DNA of 64,000 bases from Eledone cirrhosa (Eukaryota). The stretch spans positions 274,722,001 through 274,786,000 of the forward strand of contig OZ024742.1 in the NCBI GenBank assembly GCA_964016885.1. The letters are read 5' to 3'. How positions within the stretch are numbered: position 1 is the first letter of the stretch; every line of letters begins with the position of its first letter. The notes under the pieces were generated by a model. The model worked only from the letters and a program-made list of their open reading frames with translations. It ran no database searches and was not told where the DNA came from. Below, piece by piece: positions 54,040-64,000 of the stretch. The position numbers were made by a program, and so were the translations under genes.

Positions 54040-55570
54040 CTTCAGACGCTATCCAAATATCGGAATCAGGGAAAGAGAGAAAAGCCACCCTTAATATGAG
54101 CCGAACAAGAGAATCCAAGGCAAACGCACAGGAAGAGTTCACAACGACTGACAAGGAAGTAAAGAAAAACATCAATAGGACAATAGAGACTACATCGACA
54201 ACCTCACCCGTCTAGCAGTGAAAGCAGCAGGACAGGCAACCTGAAAGACCAGTATCATATGACCAAAGACATAGCATGCAAATTTCAAGGGATTGGGAAA
54301 CCATAGGACAAGAAGGGGAAACCATTGACAGCAATTGAGGAACAACGGAAACGATTGGCAGAACAGTTCAGGGAGCTGCTAAAACACTCGACCCCTAAAT
54401 TACCACCGGATATCTCACCAGTAGAGACGCAATTACTCATGAATAGTGAAAAACCCTCAAAAGTAGAGATCCAGAAATCCATCCTGTCACTGAAAGATAA
54501 GAAAGCTGCAGGGCCGGACGAAATACGAGCAGAAGCCTTCAAAGCAGACACTGAGACAGCTTTCAACAGGCTGAACAGCCACTTCAGTAAGATCTAGGCG
54601 TAGGAAGATGTCCCGATCAAGTGGAAGAAATCGATCCTCATCAAACTGTCAAAAAACGGTAACCTAAGGGACTGCTGCCACTACCGAGGGAACATCCTTC
54701 TGTCATTGCCAAGAAAGACAACAGGAGAACATAAGGAAAGCAGTCGACCCAAAGCTCTGATATCACCAGGCGAGATTCCGCAGGAACAGATCTTGTGTTT
54801 TATCCGATTCACAGCCTACGCATCATTGTAAACTGTAATATCGCCTACGACGGCCAACTGCCAGAGAGTTTCGAGGAGACAACGTCAGCCTGGTCAGTGC
54901 TCAAGTTACACAAGAAAACAAACTAACTAATGAAGATCAACACAACAGTCACAATCGGCGGAGAGCCCACCAGAGAGGTGGAATCATGTGTTAATTTGGG
55001 TTATGTGGTTGATCAACGTTGGGGAACCAACCGAGATGTCACAGCCAGGATAGCAAGGCAAGAGCAGCTTTCATCGTGCTAAAAAACGTCTGGGCATCAA
55101 AAGAGATGTTCACAAGAACAACCTTTCATATCTTCAATTCAAACGTGAATATGGTACTGCTGTACGGATGCGAAACATGGAAGACAGCATGGAAGATGGA
55201 GCAGAAGAATCAGGCTTTCATTAACAATAGTCTGAAGTACATCTTCACTATAAAATCGCCGATGAAGATCAGAAACGAAGATCTGTGGCAAAGCAAAACA
55301 TTTGGAGTAAGTAGAGCTGGATTTAACATAACCTCACGAAACCAGCATCCAACACCACACGCTAAACCCCGACCTGTAACCTGCAGGACATGAGGGAGCG
55401 AAGCCGCCTCCGCGGCAGCTGCAGGCGTGACACTGAGGCTGAAGTAAGAAAACTGGAAGCCAACAGGAGTGGAGTTACGTAACAGGCCATGAGCGTGTTC
55501 AATGGCCGAGGGTCGTTAATGGCCTATACTCTACAGAAAGCAATGTGGGTGAATGATGAAATGAATGATA
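54040..55570 (+). mobile_element. Decayed RTE-clade LINE (RT region with deletions)
   Basis: KAAGPDEIRAEAFKAD; KARAAFIVLKNVW..IFNSNVNMVLLYGCETW. Confidence 0.88.
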
Positions 55571-55608
55571 TATATATAGAGAGAGATTTAGTTGAAGTCT
55601 ATAATAAT

Positions 55609-55750
55609 TGTTTCTACTTTAGGCACAAGGCCAGCAATTATCCAGTGCATTACTGGTACTTTATTTTATCGACCCCGTAAGGATGAAAGGCAAAGTTAAC
55701 CTCGGCGGGATTTAAACTCAATCCGTAAAGGGACGTAACTATGCTGCAAA
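55609..55750 (-). mobile_element. 5'-truncated SINE, 19-bp TSD
   Basis: agttgaagtctataataat at ~55590 and ~55750. Confidence 0.9.
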
Positions 55751-56279
55751 GTTGAAGTCTATAATAATGTTGGCTTAACAAATACAAACGATTTGTAAAA
55801 AAAAAAATAAAAAAAGGAAAGAAAAGGCAGGGGCTCTAGTTTCATAGAAGAATGAGGAGGGGAGGTTAATTGGACTCTGTGCCTAAGTGGTGGTAATGGG
55901 GATTCGTATCGCAGACAGGGCCGCAAAATAATTCGCAGCGACACCCACTGCAACCAGACGGGACGCCAACGTTCCGATCTTGCGGAGGAGTTCAGTAGTA
56001 CGGGTTCCAAGTACGCCTGAGGTTTCTTCGGCAACCGGTGCGAAAAGGAAGCGACCGGACATGCTCCGGTATTTGTTTATTTTATTTCCTGTGCCTAACG
56101 GGCCTCTGTACCGGAGAACGTGTTACAACATGCGGCGTCACAGTTGAGGGATATACTTCCTTTGAATGGGAAGAGAGTGATTCAGTCTCCGTAGTCAAGG
56201 CTGCTGGTTCCAGTTGTGATGGAAAGCCAGCTGTTTCCAGGCTTCTTATATCCCTCTCTCTATATATCTCTTTCAATCT

Positions 56280-56520
56280 TCTCTGTAACAACCACTATCT
56301 CTTTTTCTTTCTCTTTCTCTCTCTTGGTTTATGAAGGTACCCGAAAAAACCTCATATCTCCAGGACTTGTGCTCCGGTTACGCGAAACTTGTTTATTCCA
56401 TTTGTATTCCCATTTCAGGGGCAAAATCCTTTCAAAGTATTTTCCAATTATGCGCTCTGTTGGCTGTATTAGATTACAGACAAGCAAGCACGCAATCACA
56501 TACTTTTAGTATTATATAGA
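56280..56520 (-). mobile_element. Helitron-like 5' fragment
   Basis: The minus strand starts A|TCTATATAATACTAAAAG. Related to 52486-52750. Confidence 0.55.
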
Positions 56521-56672
56521 TATAAGATTCAGTGAAATACTGATGTTGGTAACAAAAGTTGCACGCGATACACAAGCAGAGTGTATATATTACGAAAAAC
56601 GGAAACGGGCGCAATAGATCGTTACGCAATAAAAAAACTAAATATATACAAACGGAACATATCCTTTTTCTT

Positions 56673-56723
<51 letters not shown>

Positions 56724-56725
56724 AC

Positions 56726-56765
<40 letters not shown>

Positions 56766-57379
56766 TTAATGTTCTCCAATAGCGTAAGAAGAATGTTTTT
56801 TTTTAATATTAGTTAGAATCTCCGTATTTAAGCATTTCTGTTCATTATACTACTTTGTTTGAGATCTACAGTGCGATTTTCAAACTGCTTGAATTTTACC
56901 GCCATTAATGTACCGCCATTAATGAGGGAATCTGACTACCTTCCTCTTTATAAAATCACGTGTTGCTGTTACAATGTAAGACTGCTGTAGCGGGGTTAAG
57001 ATTGGTATTGCTAGTATTATGGACAGATCCCTTCGCTAGAATTTATGATTGAACACCGTTGAAAATGTGACCTGTCGGTCCGGACTACGCAGTCTTTCTT
57101 GAATATATTTCGTGGTTTCTACGCGTGATGTTTTGCTAATGCATCAATTGCTCACAGGACGTGACGTTGAAAATCTAAGAGTTTGGATTCTGGTAGTAGC
57201 TCTGGTTGGTGTGGTAGGTTGATGGACGAAATATTGTTGGCAGGTACAGCATAGCAGCAGAGCCTGTCAGACTGTTTGTTTGCACACCGGCAGGCGGGTA
57301 AGATAAACGTTAATATTCATTTGCTCGTCTGTTATTTTGAGTGAGTGTCGTCAGTAGGTTTAGTCCAACCACCGCGTTT

Positions 57380-57870
57380 CAATCCTTTCGCTTCTGTTGT
57401 TGATTGGATGTTGCAGTCATTTATCCTTAGAGCTCCTGTGTTGCGTTCTGTTCCTAGCACTGTAAAAGAGAATTTGTCTCCCTATTTTCAAATTTGGGGA
57501 TATGTTTCTTAAAGGACGATGCTCTAGTGCTGGTGGGCATCTTGATTGTATGTGTCGCTGTCGAATGGTGTTGCCGATGTAATAATCTTTGCACTTGTCA
57601 AACGCGATCTTGTAAACCACGCAAGGGTCTGTGTGGTGTATCGGGAAATTGCTGAGGAAACGCGGATCATCCGCGTTGTGTTGCTTCTTTGAAAGGCATT
57701 CCCGTAGTGAGGGACCAGACAGGGCCAATTGGATATTAAGACTCTCCCTTCGTAGGGCCCTGCAGACAGCACTGGTGGTTCTTTGACACAGGTGCGGGAT
57801 CCCGCTTAAGCACTTGTCAGTCAGGTTTATCCGCCTCTTGTATCTCGAGTTCCTTATTCCGATAGGCATT
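57380..57870 (-). mobile_element. Decayed PLE GIY-YIG fragment
   Basis: CVVYKIAFDKCKDYYIGNTIRQRHI in ORF 57417-57869. Confidence 0.75.
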
Positions 57871-58241
57871 TATAACTCCCAAAACGCAGGAAATTCACTT
57901 GAAATTGTGGGGCAAGATACCAATGTTGATTAATTTGTCATCAATAATAGTATATTTAAATCATTTTAAATTACAAAAACATGCCGTTATTTCCTATTTA
58001 TCTTTTTTTCTGTTCAGTTTGATTTAAGCAAACACTTGAATTTCGGATTACTGGTGTATATTGTTTTGTCTTTGAAAGATTTGATTCAAAAGCAAAAAAA
58101 AAACAAAAAAATATTAAACTATGAGAAATTAAATCAAGCGCAATTTCATATAATTTCAATATTGTTACAGTGATTTAAGCTTTAATTAAGGCTAAAGGCG
58201 TTTTATCTTTTCTAATTGCACCTGAAGAGGACTCGATAAGG

Positions 58242-58293
<52 letters not shown>

Positions 58294-58903
58294 TGAGTAT
58301 ATATAAACACGAAGATAGTAATAGTAGTAAAAGTAATTAACAAATTGAAAACAATTATAGTAATATTTTGGGATTTTGTCTCGTACATAGATGTGCGCTG
58401 ACCGCTGTGGATGCATGCGTAAACGAAGATATAGTGAGTAAAAACATTAGGAACACAGGTATACATGTAAATACTTGTACACACGTGTGTTCTTGTTCAT
58501 GTACACATGTATGCACGCCTGCAATTGCATTTGCACGCACAAATGTATACGTTGTCATATATACGCTTATTCACACGTGGATGTACGTATATACACACGC
58601 GTATACATTCAATATAAATATGTACATGCACATAAATGTGCATACACTTATATACAAACAATATGTATATATAAAAATATATATATATATATATATATAT
58701 TAGGTATAGGATTATCCTAGATGCAGTAATGGTTAATTACTACACTGGATTGATACAGTGGTCACAGTATTTGATAATTGAGTTTTGCAAATAGTTGTAA
58801 ATTTGCACATAGCATAACTAGGCTGTACAACCACCGTGGGAAACATTTGTAAGCACACGGAATAAATTACCTTTTTTATGATGTCTACCTGTTATTATTC
58901 ATT

Positions 58904-58948
<45 letters not shown>

Positions 58949-59097
58949 CAATATATATATATATATATATATATATGAACCTTTGTATATTTAATAATAT
59001 ACTCTATGTTTATTGTAAAATATTTTGAAGGACTTTCACTATTAATTCAAGGTTGTGACAATAGTCACATACCCAGTTTCAGCAAAGACAAAAATGA

Positions 59098-59140
59098 ATA
59101 ACCGATGAATTTCTCGCTGTTTAGTGGTTATCAAGGTTAT
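59098..59140 (-). ncRNA. Minimal hammerhead ribozyme, U3-A8 core
   Basis: ATAACC-TTGATAA-cCaCT(aaac)AGcGa-GAAA-TtcA-TC-GGTTAT, enclosed by an inverted repeat at 59055-59076 / 59159-59180. Confidence 0.7.
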
Positions 59141-59304
59141 ATACCCCTCTGCATTTTGCTGGGTAGGTGACTATAGTCACTATCTTAAATTCATTGCGAA
59201 AGACCTTCAAAATGTTTTTAAATAATCGTATATATGTTATTAATCATACAATACGTATATTTATATGTACGTGGCTATGTCAGAGCTCCAACACAAATAC
59301 ATAC

Positions 59305-60172
<868 letters not shown>

Positions 60173-60249
60173 AGTCTCTTACAATAAAATACCTCTAGGA
60201 AAGAGATTTTTCCGAGCCGTATATTATAACTGAATATAAAAGAGAGATA

Positions 60250-60803
60250 ACCACAGGCATATACATATATATGTTCAAATCGTACCAGGTTAGCTAAGGT
60301 GAAAAAAATACTAACTATGGACAATAGGGTTTGCCAGACTCAATTTAAAAATAAATCAAGAAAATAAATACAAACCGAAATTGTGGTAACTACCGATCAC
60401 CCATACAGCGTTTGGCTATGGTATTTCGCAAAATTTATTGCGAACAGAATTACCAACTCTTGCTCGTCAGTGGGTGAAAATTAGTGAACTCCTCACTTCT
60501 AAGAATATCGGACAACTGAATTGTGTGCGTAAATATAATAACGCACATGGCATCAGAACTTAGTGTCTCACAAACTAACACCACTAAAAACAGCAGCCAA
60601 GTTCACTTGACATTTAAATTAGCTCGACGACTTAACGGAGCCGAATATTTCGGTAGTTACCACAATTCTGGTTTGTATTTATTTTCTTGATTTATTCTTA
60701 AATTGAGTCTGGCAAACCCTATTGTCCATAGTTAGTATTTTTTTCACCTTAGCGAACCTGGTCCCTTACGATTTGAACACATATATGTAAATGTCTGTGT
60801 TTA
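60250..60803 (-). mobile_element. Non-coding PLE tail with an inverted 5' copy and a hammerhead at 60397-60477
   Basis: ~60250-60396 is inverted at 60650-60803. TCACCCA-CTGACGA-GCAAGA..TTTTGC-GAAA..CTG-TA-TGGGTGA, with an irregular stem III. Confidence 0.78.
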
Positions 60804-60842
60804 TCTTTCTTTTATATATATATATATATATATATGTGTGCG

Positions 60843-60922
<80 letters not shown>

Positions 60923-60984
60923 TAGAATCTTGAGAAATGATACACGAGTTGATATATATTATAAAAATAAGAAAACAGTAGAAC

Positions 60985-61840
60985 ATGCTAATAGAAGATT
61001 ATTATAGAAAAACCAGAAAAACTTTTTTTAAGAACAATTTTTATTACCGGTTTCAGTCGATAAAAATTTCGTCTTCTTCATGCTAGAAACATATGATAAA
61101 AAGTATATAATAAATTAAAGTGTATATTAATTAGAAGAGAATATTAAAGAACATAGTTTAATTATATACAAATTCACATTTTCGTTTATCTCTTTTTCTT
61201 CTTTCTTCTCCTCTTCCTAGGCGATGTGTTCGTTGTAGCAGCCAAAACAGTTGCTGTTGGGTCGTCCGTTGTCTCTGTGTTACTGGCTGTTGACTTCATT
61301 GGCAATAGTAGTAATAGTGGGAGAAGAAGAAGAAGAAGAAGAGGGGAACAACAACAACAACAGCAATAAGAAAATGACAACGCAACAGCTACTATTTTGG
61401 CAGCTACTACAAACAGACCACTTAGGAAGAGAGAAAAAAAGAGATAAACGAAAATGTATATTTATATATATGTAATCTACGTTCTCTAATATTCTCTACT
61501 AATTAATATACACCTTAACGTTATTATATACGTTGCAATATCGGTAGAGGGTCGGACGCCATGCTTTCCAGCATAGTTACGTCCCTTTACGATCTGAGTT
61601 TAAATCCCGCCGAGGTTGACTTTGCCTTTCAACCTTACGGGGTCGATAAAATAAAGTACCAGTAATGCACTGGGTAATTGCTGGCCTTGTGGCTAAAGTA
61701 GAAACAATTATATACGTTTGTCACCTTTTTCTAGGAAGATGTCGAAATTTTGATCACCTGAAACCGATACTAAAAAATGTTTTTAAAAAAATGTTTCTCT
61801 TTTCGTAGGATAAAATTGCATTTGCATTTTCTACTGTTTG
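60985..61840. repeat. Diverged ~850-bp palindrome of a PLE tail (degenerate hammerheads at ~61040-61088 - and ~61725-61776 +), with a SINE in the right arm
   Basis: attttcgtttatctctttt / aaaagagataaacgaaaat; GAAACCGGTA / GAAACCGATA. Confidence 0.7.
61533..61707 (+). mobile_element. SINE with TSD attatatacgtt
   Basis: SINE core and flanking duplication. Confidence 0.9.
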
Positions 61841-62016
61841 CTTATTTTCCTAATACATTCAGAAAGAACACGTGACATTACTTCCATATTTACTACTGTA
61901 GTAGAAAGGCAATATTGTATATCAAGCCGTGGAATATTGTATATCAATACTGGAACGAAAGACCTGTTGACTTGCATATACATTATGAAATAGACGGTTG
62001 TTCCCCTTTCTTCTGC

Positions 62017-62391
62017 TGGACATCACCAGAGGGCGTTAGCCACCACTACCCCCACCCCCGTGTTGGCATAGCTACGGCTTCCTAAAACCGTATTTCTTTG
62101 GAGATACGAAATATTTATACATATTGTATAAAGCTATGCTTGAAGCGAAATCCTATTTCTTTTCTATTATAAGTTGAGCCAACTTATGCAGCTTCATATG
62201 CAAATGAGATTAATCACCTCATTTACACAGACGAGAAAACTATATTCTCGCCTGTCTTCTAGTCTAGCAGTCGCAAGCGGTGGGAGGGACCGTCTTGACG
62301 ATGGCCAGTTAAGCCTGAAATGGACATCACCAGAGGGCGGTAGCCCCCCCCCCCTCCTAAAACCGTATTTCTTTGGAGATACGAGATATTT

Positions 62392-62396
<5 letters not shown>
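62017..62396 (+). mobile_element. Small element with 304-bp-period direct repeats and a degenerate hammerhead (62289-62341)
   Basis: tggacatcaccagagggcg at 62017 and 62321; TTGACGA-tGGC(cagttaa)GCCt-GAAA-TGgaCA-TC. Confidence 0.6.
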
Positions 62397-62437
<41 letters not shown>

Positions 62438-62570
62438 AATGTAGAAATGTAACACACGAGTTGATATATATAAACAAATAGTAAAAATGAAAAACATTCA
62501 GTAGAAAATCTTGGAGAGATTTATAATATCAAAACATTTATTTAAAAAGTGGGTTTTACCACATTCAATA

Positions 62571-62608
62571 GTGGTACCGGTTTCAGCATTATATGCTTTT
62601 TCAACTAC
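62571..62608 (-). ncRNA. Minimal hammerhead ribozyme, U3-A8 core
   Basis: GTaG-TTGAAAA-AGCAT(ata)ATGCT-GAAA-CCGG-TA-CcAC. Confidence 0.72.
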
Positions 62609-63140
62609 GGTTGTGCATAATGCAGTTATGTTGCATATGTATACAAATAATAAAATGGGGGAAAATTATTAGTTTTCACATACTTATTTAGAGAGGAGAT
62701 TTCATATCTCTGTCCGTGGTTTTCCTTCGTTCTCTGTTAGGAATTAAAAATTAAAACTATGAAGTTTACATGAAATTATATTCACTGTGTGTTAAATTTA
62801 AGTGAAATAAATTGAGAAAGGCAGTTATTTTTAATTCTTATGTCAGAATTCACGAAAGTGCATTATTGAAAGATAAAGTGGTTGCCAAAGCTATTTCCTA
62901 AATCTCTGTAATAGCTTTTGCATTGAGCACTAAATTTGGTGCAGTTTATTTTCGAGTGACCAGGCTGTCTAGAATACCAATGCAAGGTCAAAACAAATAA
63001 GTGACCAAGTATATTCAAAACCTGAAAGGAGGTGAAAATTGATTAACTCAGAGGGTCATACGTGCCGATCAATAGATTAACGCACATTTCAAGCGCTCAC
63101 AATATCGAAGAAATTGATATGATGATAGATAGGTAGTTTA

Positions 63141-63388
63141 TTACATGTTCTAAGTTGTTTCCATGGTGCTATAAAATATGAGAAAGAGGTTATTGAGTAC
63201 ATGTAGTCATACGTAAGTAAAATATGTAAGTGTATAATTGAAGTTAGTCCAGAATTTCAAGTTAAATCCAATTAAATTAAATTACATGTTCTAAGTTGTT
63301 TCCATGGTGCTATAAAATATGAGAAAGAGATTATTGAGTACATGTAGTCATACTTAAGTAAAATATGTAAGTGCATAATTGAAGTTAA
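63141..63388. repeat. Direct duplication, 141-bp period
   Basis: ttacatgttctaagttgtttccatgg at 63141 and 63282. Confidence 0.9.
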
Positions 63389-63578
63389 ATTCAATTAAAT
63401 TAAATTAAATCTGTAGCCCTTATTGAATTGAGGGATCGCTGAATGTTATATTATATTATGTATGGGACGTATCATGCGGTGTAATATAATATAAAGAATC
63501 AAATGCTTTTAGGTAAGATATAGAAATGTAAAGAAATAATAAAGTAACAATAAAGTATTAACAAATTAGTATAATAAT

Positions 63579-63745
63579 TGTTTCTTCTTTTGGCACAAGG
63601 CCAGCAATTATCTCAGTGCATTACTGGTACTTTATTTTATCCACTCTGTAAGGATGTGAGGCAAAGTTAACCTCGGCGGGATTTGAACTCAAGGGGCGTA
63701 CCTCTTTGATGCAAAGCATAGTGTCCGTCCTTCTACCGATAATGC
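63579..63745 (-). mobile_element. SINE, diverged
   Basis: ggcacaaggccagcaatt..ggcaaagttaacctcggcgggatttgaactc. Confidence 0.85.
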
Positions 63746-64000
63746 CCCCCCCCCCCCAAAAAAAAAGATATATATATGTTTACATACATATATAGATATG
63801 TATGTATATGAGGTGGAATCATCAATATATTGATAACAATATAGGGAACGTATAATATACATATATATATAAAATAAAAAAATACGAAATGAATAAAGAA
63901 ATAATGTGTTGGTCTAGTTAAAACATTAGACAAAATGTTCAATACACAATTTTAAAGTGGAAAGGTGAAATAGAATCACTTAACCGTCAAACAAGAGAGT

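Noticed and set aside
58218-58245. CTGAAGAGGACTC half-hammerhead
   Set aside because: It is truncated by (TA)n before GAAA.
61850-64000. Host exons in the unique-looking stretches (also 23230-23850, 28500-28860, 56800-57350)
   Set aside because: I see no recognisable protein motif. Small exons cannot be excluded without RNA-seq.

Overview
AT-rich, repeat-saturated animal genomic DNA. The tRNA-headed SINE with a GCCTTTCATCCTT.CGGGGTCGATA core resembles octopod SINEs, so an octopus-type cephalopod is my inference. I recognise no host gene, rRNA, tRNA or CRISPR, and most ORFs in the track are (TA)n/(CA)n artefacts. The window holds: many decayed Penelope-like elements (PLEs; RT + GIY-YIG) and their non-coding tails, mostly abutting (TA)n and often folded back into palindromes; a ~17-kb head-to-tail array of three L1/Tx1-type LINEs separated only by trinucleotide microsatellite; an RTE LINE; two copies of a bipartite non-autonomous RTE; an R4/Dong 5' fragment; Helitrons; a mariner relic; and seven SINEs. 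The main hidden signal is RNA. Folding by eye gives about 18 distinct type I hammerhead ribozyme (HHR) loci. Seven unrelated ones carry the compensatory U3-A8 core (TTGANAA) in place of CTGANGA, and most have palindromic stem III. The best candidate for an undescribed system is a non-coding 321-nt unit (21405-22322) with an extended U3-A8 hammerhead, present as permuted tandem and inverted copies, as expected of a retrozyme-like circular-RNA element. All structures were folded manually and none is tested.
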